From: Syncephalis fuscata S228
Taxonomy: Eukaryota; Fungi; Zoopagomycota
NCBI GenBank assembly: GCA_025786725.1
Contig: JAHLTZ010000009.1
Span: 124,001 to 188,000 of the forward strand
Direction of reading: 5' to 3'
DNA length: 64,000 nucleotides
Below are positions 1-14,694 of this stretch, piece by piece; the stretch's first letter is position 1; every line of letters starts with the position of its first letter. Under the pieces are notes generated by a model. It ran no database searches. It saw only the letters and a list, made by a program, of their open reading frames with translations, and had not been told where the DNA came from. Position numbers and translations under genes: made by a program.

Positions 1-189
1 AACTGTGGTAATTAATGATCAATAAGAAATAATTTATTATAAAAGCAATACAACCAAACAACACATTGTATTCTGAGCGTTAAGGTAAACGTTAATAAGC
101 ATCAGAAATTAGCGTTATAGGATAGCGATAGGATAAAGTGTTGCTTGGTCATCTAAGTTGCGATTTCTAAAACTAGAAGCGTGACAATA

Positions 190-599
190 TGATTGCGATT
201 CCATATCGTTCCGCAGTTGTTATTGTTGCATCTATGTACAGTATGGATTATTGCATCTAAATTATCTATTCTATTTTCTAATCTTCTAATATTGTATTTT
301 GGACATATTTGTGATGTAAGATAAAGATTAATATAATTATTATAAAGTCGTTTATTAAACAGCCACTTTTCCTATAGCCAATCTGACTAGATAAATGGCA
401 TTTGAAAAATTAATATTATAAATTGCAATAATAAAGACAACTGATTAATCACATTATTGTATTGATAATTACACATGAATTAATTAATGTTGGATTTAAT
501 ATTATACATGTTATAGTGATGAATAGATGTTTAATTGTATTTAAAAATGAAGGTGTGAAATAGATAAATAAAAGATGTGGGAGTCAAGATACAGTAGCT
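190..599. repeat. Dispersed AT-rich repeat family 1, copy 1 (probable decayed DNA transposon/MITE)
   Basis: Reverse-complement match to 12389-12800 and 39458-39880 (e.g. cacttttcctatagccaatctgac vs gtcagattggctataggaaaagtg). Ends in gagtcaagatacagtagct, a variant of a terminal motif seen at 12389, 38121, 39458 and 58510. Confidence 0.8.
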
Positions 600-689
600 T
601 TATTTATTAATATACTTTATATTAATTATAAAATATAGTATGATTATTTATACGTGTATATGCTGAACGAGTGGAATAAATTAAATTCT

Positions 690-820
690 ATAACAAATGC
701 ATTAAAATAAATAAATAGCTTTATTAACAGTTTGTATTTGTATAAAATAGAATGACATACATTATAAGAATAAAGTATATATTTATACAGAATATCAATA
801 ATAACACTAATAAATTGTTT
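690..820. repeat. Dispersed AT-rich repeat family 2, copy 1
   Basis: Inverted match to about 20620-20780 (ataatgtatgtcattctatt...aatacaaact.ttaataaagctatttatttat). Confidence 0.7.
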
Positions 821-1044
821 AATGCTAATGGGATAGAAATAAACAATTAAATGAATTGCTAATAATAATAGTACTAAGTTAGATAGCATGAATATAATTG
901 TATCATGTGTAATTGATCTTAATATATCAGCATAATAAAAAAGTATCTTTATTTAATAAAGAAATATTAAAAAGGAGACATAAATCATATGCTAAATAAT
1001 TTTATTTCAATTTTACTTAAAAGTTTATTAAGATTCAAATATAA

Positions 1045-3405
1045 CTAGAGCCTTTGGCGTACCCAAGATTCAAGACCGCCGGACGCAATAACATCTTGTG
1101 CTGCACGTCCTACGCCTGAGCAAGGCCAGTGGGCGCTTTGGTCAGACTTAGTAATTTGCCGCTGTGCAAAATTAACAACAGCTTCCTCGCCCGTTCGTAC
1201 TGTCAGTTGATCACGGCCATATTTGGCTAGTAGTGCGCGTACTAGCTCTGGTGCTTCAATGCATACAAGTGCATTATTGACAGCGTTACGTTTATAAGTT
1301 TCGCTAAATGAACCGGCAACAACACAACGAATACCAGCATGGAGCAAAGCAGTAGCGGCTTGTTCGCGGGATGATCCGGTGCCAAAATTGAATCCAGATA
1401 CTAAAATATCTCCCTAATTAACAACAAAATTAGGAAAATTCATTTATAATTAAGCAATTGCTTACTTCTTTAATGATATTAACAAATTTTGGATCGTAAT
1501 TTTCCATAACGGCTCGTGCCATTTCTTCTTTCGTCAAATCGTCTTTATAGGTGTATTTACCGGGATAAATACCGTCGGTATTAAGATTATCGGCGGGACA
1601 GAAGATAATTTCACCCCGTAGTTGTTTGGGAAAGCCAGCAATGATATCCATTGCCGTACTCTTTGTAGCGTCTGGTCCTTGTGTCGCTGCAATAGAATCT
1701 GACACGTTGATTTTAACTGAATTGGTTGTACTTGACGTACCAGAAGTAGCATTGGATTGTAATAAGTTTGGTGAGGTAATATAGCCGTGGATGGCCGATG
1801 CCGCAACAACTGCAGGCGATGCTAAATACGCTTTTGCTTTTAGAGAACCCATACGGCCTTTAAAGTTACGATTTGTAGCGGAAATACCCACTTCTCCATC
1901 TTCAAGTAAGCCGGCACCCAGTCCTATAATATTCAAATATATTAGTAAGGTTTTTGAAGAATAGTTGCATTAGTCATACCAATACATGGTCCACAGCCAG
2001 CAGGTAACACCTTAGCACCAGCATCGAGTAAATTTGCCAATGACCGCTGGATTCCACCTCTCGTTGAACTTCGCTGCTCGCCGCAGCTACATAAAACTCA
2101 ACACCATTGGCAACCTTTTGACCACGCATTACATCGGCTGCTTTACGTATATCTTGTGCGCGAGAATTAACGCAGGATACGAGATAAGCCTTATTGACTG
2201 GGATATCCGTTAGAGCTGTAACCGATTGGAATAGCTTGACTGAATTGGGTCCCGAGACACTTGGTACTAATGAACTTAAGTCAAGCGTAATGTGCTTTGC
2301 GTATTGCGATGCTTGTAGACTATCCAATTTGGCATCGGCTTCTACTTGTTGTGCCAACGTATCAATGCGTGCAGTGTTAAGACGAGGATGCGTCCAGCCA
2401 GTAGCATCAAGTCCTTTGTCCTTTGCCAGTCGAAAATGATTAGAATTACGCCAACGACCTTCATATGCTTTCTTGGCCTGTTCACGTAGCCAGGTTAGTG
2501 TCATTTCATCAACGGGAAACACACCAGCCAATGCGCCCCATTCTGTGGACATATTTGCAATGGCCAATCGATCTTCAACGGATAGTTGGCGCACACCATC
2601 TCCGGTGAACTCGACAGCACAGTTAAGCACTTCATCTTTGTTCAGCTCCCCACATAGTGTGACAATAACATCTTTGCCCGATACACCAGCCGGTAATTTG
2701 CCGGTTAGTTCACAGCGTACAACTGGCGGCACTTGCCACCAAGTTTGTCCCGTCGCCCAAAGAGCAGCAGCATCTGTTCGCACTAACGGCGTTCCTACAC
2801 AACCGACACCACCGTACATATTGGAATGAGAGTCAGACGCAACCGTAAGTGTTCCAGGAAAAGCATATCCTTCTTCAATCATGATTTGATGTCCAATACC
2901 GCGACCAGCTGGATAAAAGTCAACGTTGTGCTTCTTGGCAAATGCTTCAATACGAGCATATTTGTCCAAGTTCTAAATAGTAATTTTAAACATTTTACTC
3001 AAGTAGCAATGTAATTACTTACTGCAGGACTTTTATTCTGCACATCATGGTCAAGTGCAAATACTGGCTGCCGTGGATATTTAAACTTTTCAGCACCAAT
3101 ACTTGTAAATCTAATTATTAAATAGTTGTAAAAACTATAAAATTAATGATATACAACATGACTTACTTGCTCATAACCGCACCGGTGTTATCGTGGGTAA
3201 GCACATGTTCCGGGCGAATAGCTACAACATCGCCACTACGTACAATATGACCATCAGGAAGGTCTACAGCATAGCGTTGCACCACCCGTTCTATGTAGTT
3301 TTGACGCTGGGCAACACTGGCCGAAGTGGTTGCAAGATGGCGTGCTGACAAAGTGCGCGACCAATTGCGCGCTCCTGCTTGTCTAAGTACCGACACAAGA
3401 GTCAT
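1045..3405 (-). CDS. LYS4: Homoaconitase, mitochondrial (alpha-aminoadipate lysine pathway), multi-exon
   Basis: Mitochondrial-type N-terminus; THDNTGAV; [18 protein letters not shown]; [11 protein letters not shown]; SCVNSR; [13 protein letters not shown]; C-terminal swivel domain [15 protein letters not shown] and [16 protein letters not shown]. Introns at about 3111-3166, 2973-3021, 1926-1979 and 1414-1465. At least one apparent frameshift near 2030. Confidence 0.93.
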
Positions 3406-4721
3406 AGCAGTAGTGCCAATAGCAATAGTAGACGGATAAATAGCAGACTATGCGTAACAACAATAGAAAATAGCTGTGCTTCGGAATGAAGTAGAAAACA
3501 CTATGAAAATTACGCAAATAGTAATTGAATAGTATTGATGCGTGTGCACATGGACAAACAATCTCCGACATTTGTTTGCTGGCGATGATCTTGATCCGAG
3601 AATAACGATTGGATAATGTGATGTGACTGACAAATTCTATTTGATTCTGATAAGCAAATGGAGTATCAGTTAGCTATTAATTATGTAAATATTATTATAT
3701 ATTCTAATTTAAAGTGTATATATATCAGTAATAAACTGTTTATTAAAATTTGGATATTATATTGTCCAAAATATTAATTTTATGAAGTAATATTAAGCTG
3801 TAGTGTTGGAGTGTATAACGTGCTTTAATTGTGTCATTATTGCTAACCATCATTGCTTTTTTAAAGAATATTGAGCGACGAATGTTCACAAGATTAATGG
3901 AACAATCAAGCAGCAATAAATAAACAAAAGCTTGACTGACTGATATTTGATTAGATAAATAATATTGCTTTTTGGTTGATTGCAAACAAAACAGTAGTTA
4001 GTCAAATAACTGTGAAAGCTGTAGTTTAAAGTTATTTTAAATGTCATGTTCATTTCGTGATTTTAAGTTTTCAAATAAAAAGCAGTATAACTGATAAAAT
4101 AGACTGCAGAAACAACATTACCTGTAAAATAGTTTATACATTAGTAGTTTATTACTGCAAATATTTTAATTTGACACCAAGTGCTAAACGGCCAGGCATA
4201 ATATTATTATTTAATAAATATAAAAATTTGTACTTTCAACAATAAAACAAATAAACCATATAATAATTATATTAATATTTACAATTACATTAAAAAGTTA
4301 TAGCATGCAAATCAAATCTTCTTACGATTTAAAACACGTAATTGGCTAATTAAAACTAATATAAGCTACCGTTGATTGGATCATGATGTTTATAGTATTA
4401 TCAAGCCAAAGACGAGTAAATATAGTGAATAGCAATAATAAATACCATAGTAACTATGAATAGAATACTGCAAAACGGTTGGTTATTGAACTATTTTTAT
4501 TCATGCATATTAATGAGTTCAATGGAAGAGTGAATTACGTATACTGTAACACCGCTCGCCTTTTTGACGACTCCGCACAAATATTCTCCTCCAAAAGACC
4601 ACGGCTTGTCTATACGGATATAGCCTTTTCCCTATTCAGTCCATCTTAGCTTAACCAACCAACTTATCTATCAAATACTATTCTTTGTAAATCGTTTACT
4701 CTTGTTAGTCATCAACGTGTA

Positions 4722-7700
4722 ATGATGGAGGAATCGCCGCCAGGTCACGTTATTTTAACGGTGCCTGAAGTAGAGGCGCTTGATAGGGCAAACACGCCGA
4801 GTCATGCTCCTTTACTGGGCGGTAACGCCACAGCTACTGGCCACCAAATAGTCAATGCCGCTGAAAGCGACTTGTCCGACGATGACGATAATGATGACGG
4901 CGTTGCCACTGTATATGACACCACAAGCATCCATCACAAGTTTGCACCGGATGGATATTATGCCTCAGGTAAAGGCTACAATGGCAAAATGGTAAGTGCT
5001 AACTGATCTATTGTTATATCTTTCAATAACCGATGTTTATAATCATGTAAATATAGCTATCACGTCAGCCTCCTTCGTGGGCCTGGTGCACCATTGGTGT
5101 ATCGTTGATAGTCAGTTTGGTGCTATTTATCAGTGGTGCCATTATGTTTAGCCGTGGTAAGTAATTTGTTAAATATAATACCATCGACTTACATCTTCTA
5201 GTGAGTGTACCGACCAATACTGTTCAATCGGCCGAAAGCATGATCAAGGATGTAGTGCCTCCTATTACTGCTCCGAATAATAGCACTATTCCCGTTCAGC
5301 CATCCTCCAAGACACCGGTTAAACCTATAGATAACAAGGATAATGACAAATTAGGTGATGTGCTTGATGGCAGACGCTACAGGCTAGATGACTATCTAAG
5401 CGGACAGCTTTCTCCTAGTTTTAAATCATTGACTTGGCTGGAGAGTAAGTTGTATAAACACATCTACAATTTAATACTAATTATTTCTAAATTACTAGCA
5501 CCACAAGACGGTATTATTGTTATGCGCGAAAAGGGACAAATTATTGTAGAAATGCTTCACGATCAAACTCGTCGCGCATTGGCTAATGATACCAATTTGG
5601 TCGATGTAAGATAATACTAATAGATAGCTATTTTATTAACACCATTGAAAATGTAGCCTGATGGTCTTACTATGGCGTATTCCCCATTCACCGTATCGGC
5701 CGATCTGGAATACATTATGTTCAAGACTAATACACGACAGGCAAGTTAAAGCATAGAGTATATCATTGAACCTTTAATAATCATACTAAAATATTACTAG
5801 GAATGGCGCCACTCTTCATTTTCTGAATATATTATCTATGAAGTAGCAACCCGTAAGATTACTCGATTGACCGATACAGGAACTAAATCAACGACATCCT
5901 ATGCCAAATGGAGTCCCGTGGGCCATAGTGTGGTAAGTATCAATATATTAATAGTCCGTATAGAGTGATTAATAGGCATAATAGATGTTTGTACGCGAAA
6001 ACGACATCTATGTCAGTAACGATTTGAAAATGGAAATACGCATTACCTATGATGGCTCTTCACCGTGTTCAATGGTATTCCTGATTGGATTTACGAAGAA
6101 GAAGTGTTTACATCCAACTTTGTCTGTTGGTGGTCACCTAATGCACAGCATATTGCCTATCTTCGATTGGACGAAACCAATGTTCCTGAGTTTAATATGA
6201 CCATGTATGTTGAGAAGCAACCACGTGAAGATTCTTATCCAACTGAAGTGAAGATTCGCTACCCAAAGGTGAGTAGATTGGCAATACTTTGCTATAAGTA
6301 TTATTGCTAATGGCAATATGTATTTAAATAGCCTGGTTATCCAAATCCTATTGCATCACTACATGTTTTTAGTTTAGATGCAGCGGCCCCAACTAAACAT
6401 AATCCAGTAACGGCGCTTGAATTAAAGAGTAAGAATGCCTTTACAGACGAGGACCGTCTTTTGGTAGAAGTGGCCTGGATGGGCAATACAAATCTTATGA
6501 TTCGTGCCATGAACAGAGCACAGGATGTGGCACAGCTTTATTTGGTCGATGCACTCAAACTAAGTGCCACTTATGTGCGAGAAGAACGAGGCGATGTTGA
6601 TGGTGGCTGGTTGGACATTGTAAGTGGACGGTCTACGCTAATCGATTTGGTGGTTAACATGAATAAATGAATAGAAACAAGCACTTCACTACATTCCAGC
6701 GGATGATGGATCGTCTGAAGGTTATATTGACTCTGTAGTTCATGAGGGAAATGACCATTTAGCCTATTTCTCTTCATTGACTGCCGATAAGCCTGCATAT
6801 TGGTTGACACATGGAGACTGGGAGGTTGTTAATGGTGCAGCTAGTGTTGATCTTATTAATCGTCGTGTGTATGTTAAATGAGTATAGTATTATATACTGG
6901 ATTATATTAATAATGGTTATTATTGTAGATTCTACATTAGTACTGAACGAGGATCAACTGAACGTCACTTGTACAGGTAATTATAAAGATGAATAGCACG
7001 TTTAATGACAGTGTACTAATTAATGTGTTGAAAATCTGTCTAGCGTGGCGCTCAGTGGCGAGAATAAACAGGCACTGACGCCTGAAGACGGTGGGTTCTA
7101 CACAGTTGACTTTTCGCCTCATGCCGGTTGGTATACACTCTCGTACAAAGGACCAAAATTACCATCGCAAAAGCTATATAGCACACACGAATCTAGTACG
7201 TTTACAATATGATTTAAATTGCCGAACATTAAAACTAATATAAATGGCAACCATTTAGAGGTTATACGTGTTTTGAACGATTTCGCTGCATTGAAAGAGG
7301 ATATTGCACGATACAAGTTGCCAGAAATTCGTTTACTACTGTAAAGAGTGCCGGCTACGGTAAGTAATAGATCTGACACTTATTGGTATAACTGATTATG
7401 ATCATAGATTTGAATGTTAAGGAGTATTTGCCACCCGATTTTGACCCATCAAAGAAATACGGTGTTTTATTTAGAGTGTAGGCTATTACTGGTTAATATA
7501 ATTTGCAAAATATGGACTAATTTACTAATAGATATGGCGGCCCTGGATCTCAGCTGGTAACTCGTGCTTTTATGCCAGGTTTTGACGATGTATTGTGTCC
7601 GATCCATCCTTGCAAATGATTGTGGTCATTGTAGATGGTCGTGGTACCGGCTTTAAGGGCCGTAAATTCAGAGTGGGCATCCGTAAACAGCTTGGTACCT

Positions 7701-8329
7701 TGGAGACGATAGATCAAGTCAATGCCGGCCGGTGAGTGATTCTGTGCATAATAGAGCAATATAGCTACAAGTATTAATATCATTCGCTAATTGCAGTGCA
7801 TGGAGCAAACTATCCTATGTCGATCCTAATCGTATGGCTATTTGGGGCTGGGTAAGTAACTCATGTTCGCTCAAGCTTTATACACTTGCTAATTTTTAAT
7901 ATCTAGTCATATGGTGGCTATATGGCGGCCAAGGTGATTGAAGCGGATTCCAGGATATTCCAAGCAGGTGTATCTGTTGCACCCGTCACCAACTGGCGCT
8001 ACTACGATTCTGTCTACACGGAACGCTACATGCTTACACCGCAGGATAATCCAGATGGCTATGAAGATACAGCAGTACGCAGTCCTGATGGATTCCGACA
8101 TGCACGCTATTTGGTCATTCACGGCACAGGCGATGATAATGTCCACTTCCAACAGACGGCCCGTCTAGTCAATATGCTTACCGAGGCTAGCATCGATCCG
8201 GCACAGTACGAGGTGCAGTTCTACACCGATAATAATCATAGTATGGGTCAACACGGTGCTTACTTCGTAATCTGGCGCCGTATTCTTAATTTCTTAAAAC
8301 GTTCTTTGCCACTAAAGCTAGATCAGTAG
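4722..8329 (+). CDS. Type II membrane dipeptidyl aminopeptidase (S9B, DPP IV / Ste13-Dap2 family), multi-exon
   Basis: N-terminal TM (WCTIGVSLIVSLVLFISG); WRHSS; NGIPDWIYEEEV; RYPKPG; VDGRGTG; catalytic GW|SYGG split by an intron at about 7852-7906; HGTGDDNVH; DNNHSM. Confidence 0.92.
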
Positions 8330-8532
8330 TGAATAAATACGCTGCTGATTAGTACGTAGTCCGCCATCTTTATTAGCGCTTGTTCCCCTGTTGCTATTGT
8401 TTTTGCTTTTATTTACAAATAATGGCCGATTAAACTGCGTTTTCAGTATATCAAAGTTGAATGATGAACGTTTTTATTGTGTTTAATGCCATAAGACTGT
8501 ATTAGTTTATTATTAAATTAAATGTCGTCTCT

Positions 8533-9607
8533 TTATTCATAATATCCGTTATTGGTTAGCGGTGAGACTGAAGAGAATCTTCCAGTTGATCTGGTTTGTC
8601 TAGCTTGAGTGTGAGTCAATATGGTGTTTGAGGTGGGAATTTGCGAAAGATGAATAAGGTTTTTCGTCTTTGGTTTATTAGGCATTGCAGATGCTTTGCG
8701 CATATTCTGGCAATGATTAATTAAAATAGTCGAGCCGAGTAACCTGAATGGAATTTATGTTAAAACCAATAAATAAAACATTGCCGTTTTAAGTACTTAC
8801 CAATCGATGACAAAAAACAAAATTGCATAATTTCCACCAATCTGGAATACATAACAAAGCCACAAACAATGTTACATAGTACGGCAAGACACATCGTCTG
8901 AATACCGTCACGCGCCAAGTGCATCCAGGCTTCGACCCAAAAATGCAATACTGTTTATAGGTAACATGGCTAAAAATAGCTGAGAAAAATAAATTAATAG
9001 GTACAGCGGCAAAAAACCAGTACCACGGAAGATAAGTGGGATAATAAAGAACACAGCCGTTTTTGGGTTCTAAAGCAACGGGGCAGGCTATGATTACAAT
9101 AATAAGAAAGCCCAGCTGTGGCAGCGTAAAGATTATGCCAAAGACAGCGATCCAACGTTGGCGACAAAGTACAAGATAGGCTTTCTGGAGGAGAATAATG
9201 CTGTTACACATAATGGCAATGGTGTTAATAAAGCCGCTGAACCACAATATTCTCCGACAGTTTAAGCCGCTGAATAGCCAGGCATAGATGATCATAAGGC
9301 CAAAAATTATGCCCAAGGCGGATGGTAGAAAGCAACACCATGCAGAGATGGTGCGATAGCGAGATATTACCATTCGAACGGAGATATTAAAGTTACGAAC
9401 AAATATAAAGGTTGCAAATAGAACGGCTACCGTCTGAGACTGTAGGCCCATGACTCTATCGCGAGATTCATTTAGATTGTCGACGGGCTCTGTCATGTAG
9501 TCGAATATATCAAGTTCACCCGATTGATAGAGCGGAATGCCCAACATGTACGTGGCATTCTTTAGCCATTCCTGGCCCAAGATAGAGTTATTATCGTTCG
9601 TAGGCAT
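8533..9607 (-). CDS. Orphan 7TM / GPCR-like protein, type A copy 1
   Basis: About 7 hydrophobic segments; LQKAYLVLC motif; close paralog of 31831-32901. Intron after D(R/W) at about 8745-8799; exon 2 LLGSTILINHCQNMRKAS...YYE*. Frameshift near 8940. Confidence 0.75.
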
Positions 9608-11078
9608 TTACACTAAAATAAATTATACAACAGTGGTGTAACAGAATTGTCGGTAATAAGGTATATAGTGGGAAAAGAGACACTGCAAGAGGCAGCAGAT
9701 ACGACCGACGATTTTATTAACTGTTTAGAGTGGCTTGCTGCTATAGGTTGTATGTCTGTGCCACTCGCATGGCCTAGTATCGTGTGATGTCTACACCAAT
9801 AGGTCCATGGTGGCATGGCTTTTCTGGATGGAGCAACGGATGAGCCTGGCCAATCGGCAGCTTAGTTGGTTAGTTGGGAACATAAACAGGTTTTGTATCT
9901 ATATACGTTCTCATCTTTTACCCTTGACAAGCGTAGGTCTACTATTTATTCCAAAGGACAACCTGTAGCGGCCTGGATCGACAGTGCTACCATGATGTCT
10001 GGATTATATCCGTATGCCTTGTCGGCTAATGCTTGAAACTCCGATGCCACTCCACGCTTCATTATTCTTGCAGCACTTAATAGACACAGGTTTATTATGT
10101 AGCCATCAAGCTATTTTTGGTGCTGTACATATTATGGCTCTTTGCCGAGCACAATCTTGTTTCCTCTTGAAATCATCCATAGTGCACCATGTCGGCCAAA
10201 TTGACAAAATCATATGGAATTAGCTTAGAGCTTTATTAATGTTCAGGTATCGGACTTTTGTTAATTACGCACTACACTGCCTTTTATGGAAATATCCTAT
10301 TTCTAGCGCTTGTCGGCGTTTCAATAAGGCACCATGTGTGCCATTCCAACATGCCATTCAATGTTGTGACTATTGACGCAGAAATTGAAAGTGGCTTAGT
10401 GGTTTCTGTTATGGTTGGTTATACAAAACATGTTGTTTCTAAAAGCAATACTATGGACGCACAAGCAAAATAATCGCTGGACTGCTTATTAATGCAATAA
10501 AAAGCAAGCCGTAATGCCGTCGTTTGAACGGCATGTGCCTATTTTACAATAACCACCATAGCAGTATGGCTGGGCATTTTCTGTTCTTTCATAAAAACAT
10601 TAATTACTATTTTATTGTAAATTAATATGCAAGAAACTTGTTATTGCTATAGGCTGATTTGTTAATGGATACTGCAAGTGCTGCGTCTACTAGTTTAATT
10701 ATTATGATTTTGTAACGCACATTACAACAAAGACGCTTCATCGATATCTTCGTCATCCATTATAGCATGAAAGACTTTATTGTATTTCTTATTTTATTTG
10801 TGATAAGCTAATGCCTCAACAGCTCTGGACAAAGAGCGTGTGGAACGCATATGCAGCGGATACGACGACTACGTTTACAAAGAGAATCTATTAATACAAG
10901 TATGCTGCTGCACCATTGTGCATATTGTACGCGGGAGTGGCCTTACAGTCCATATGCACGGTATTCCCATGGACCACGTTGATTAGTTTAATGCACGTCG
11001 GTGTGCTGTTGTCCGTTTGCAATCTTCTTTCGATTTTCCAACAAACATTGATATACATACTTTAATAGATTAGTAGAA

Positions 11079-12170
11079 ATGTTAAATAATACTGCGTACC
11101 AGAATTTAGGAACAGAATGGCTGAAGAATGCCACGTATCTCTGGAATATTCCTCTTCATCCGCTTGGTGAACTTGATATATTTAATTTTATCACAAAATA
11201 CCCCAACAGTATAGAGCAATCACGCGTTCAATTGCTGGGAACTAGATTCCAATTGCTAATCAACATATGGTTGTCACTTCTGTTTGCGCGCAATTTCCGC
11301 ATTTCACTTAGAATGGTGATATTACGCGTGGGTGCCCTGCCTGGATGGTGTTGCTTAATAACAGCAGCGTATGGCGTTGGGTTTGGAATTCTATCAACCA
11401 TTGCCTTGTGCACGAATGGCGTCACTTGTCGTATGCTTGTCTGGTTTGCTGGATTTGGCGTTAGCGTAGGCATCATTTGCAACACTACAATTGTACTTCA
11501 AAAGGCATACCTGGTGCTTTGTAAAAACCGGCCAATAGCTATCATTGGCTGCCTAATCATGATACCGCAATTTGGCTATTGTGTTATTCTGGTGACGAAA
11601 TGTCCCATCACTATCAATGCAATGGTGGGATGCGTAGTCAACTATCCTACTTTCTTGCCCTGGTTCTGGTTTGGTGTATCAGTACCAATTAACGCATTCT
11701 TCTCGGCTATTTTCGCCCATATTACCTACAAGCAATATCGTGCTTTTGGCTCAGATGCTTGGAAGCATTTAAGCCAACAAGGGATCCAAACAATGTGTCT
11801 GGTGGTTTTATGCAACCTATTATGTAGCTTGATAATTCTTCTTGAAGTAGGAGGTGTGCTTTCATTATCGTTCTATTTAGTTGATTGGTACGTTGCATAG
11901 CTGAAAATTACTGGCTAAATATTTACTGATAAACAGGTTACTTACCTCAAGCATTTTGACTGGACATTGTCGACAGATGCGCAAAACAGCCGCTGTTTTG
12001 AGCAAACCAAAATCGAAAACACCCAAAAAATACATGTTAGCCCTCCAAAAATCATTGTCATTGCTGCATCTCAAACAGGCAATGATAGTGTAGCGCCGAG
12101 CCAGACTAAACCAGTAGCCTCGTCGCTACTGACAAAAGACTGGTTAAGCAGGCGAGCATTTAATGCCTGA
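11079..12170 (+). CDS. Orphan 7TM / GPCR-like protein, type B copy 1
   Basis: LGTEWLKNATY...PLHPLGELD; LQKAYLVLC; FGSDAWK; intron after DW at about 11889-11937; paralog of 28892-29989. Confidence 0.78.
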
Positions 12171-12388
12171 ATATTATTGGTCCATCTGTATAAATATATA
12201 TCCTGTTTACTTCCCCATTCTTATCGGTATCTTTTTTTACTATAGTAACTTTACTCTAGCATAGTATTGACATACAATTTTATATAGTGCCTAGATTACA
12301 GCCATAAATCATCGCACTTTATTAGTTAAATATTTATTGAGTAATAGCGATAATTTACCAAAGCAACACCAAATGAATTAATGTGTGG

Positions 12389-12965
12389 GAGCTATTGTAC
12401 TTTGACTCTCACATTTTTTATTTAATCATTTCACCACCTTTTCTTAATACTTTTGAATACAATTAAACATCTATTCATCACTATAACATGTATAATATTG
12501 ATCAACATTAATTAATTATATGTAATTACCAATACAATAATGTAATTAATCAGTTGTCTTTATTATTGTAATTTATAAATTAATTGTTCAAATGCCATTT
12601 ATTTAGTCAGATTGGCTATAGGAAAAGTGGTTGTTTAATAAACAACTTTATAATAATTATATTAATATTGATTTTACATCACAAATATGTCCAAAATACA
12701 ATATTAGAATATTAAAAAATAAAAGACGCCATTCAAACGCAATAACCTATGCTGTACATAGCTGCAACAACGACTGCAAAAATGACATGGAATCGCGATC
12801 AATGGCCTCTATTAATATTCGATCAGTCTTTCTACACATGGCTAACAACAACAATGATCAGCCTCAAATGTTCCAAAGAAATCAAATAGTATGTTGCATT
12901 GTTTATTTAAATCAATTTATTAACAATATTCTAATAAAAATTAATATAACTATGTTGCGTATAGC
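12389..12965. repeat. Dispersed repeat family 1, copy 2
   Basis: Near-collinear direct match to 39458-40045 (aacaacaacaatgatcagcctcaaatgtt...aaatcaaatagtatgtt) and inverted match to 190-599. Confidence 0.85.
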
Positions 12966-13131
12966 AATGGCATGCTCTGATTGGAGTGAATTTTGCTATG
13001 GGGACTCAAAGTGTAAGTGTCAAAGTACAATTTAACTAAACGGATGTATTAAAAAAATAAAAAATGATTGTACCAAAAATATTTAGTAACTTTTCTATCT
13101 TTTGCTAGTATATTTTTTATTATTTTCAACT

Positions 13132-14451
<1,320 letters not shown>

Positions 14452-14694
14452 ACACATTGTAATGGAAAATAAAGTCTTTATTATATTTTTATACTATATA
14501 AATCGAAGATCATGAAATAACTTTTGTATGATGATAATGTGTCCATTGCCATAAAAATGCCTGTACGTTTGTAGAATTCACTTTTTTATTCTATATATAT
14601 ATTGACAAACAACACCGACGGTTATACCATAGTATTGAGACCTGTATATGACTGTTGTACCAATCACTTGCTTGTTTATTCTGTTGCCATCAAC

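Noticed and set aside
644-889. 81-aa ORF similar to the ORF at 20586-20801 (YNVCHSI)
   Set aside because: The similarity comes from an AT-rich DNA repeat, and reading frames are not conserved overall.
2194-2829. Antisense ORFs over LYS4, and similar ones over KRE6, WrbA and 7TM genes
   Set aside because: Shadow ORFs opposite well-supported genes, with no independent motifs.
12631-13035. 134-aa ORF from the ORF track
   Set aside because: Lies within dispersed repeat family 1; other copies do not keep the frame; no recognisable motifs.
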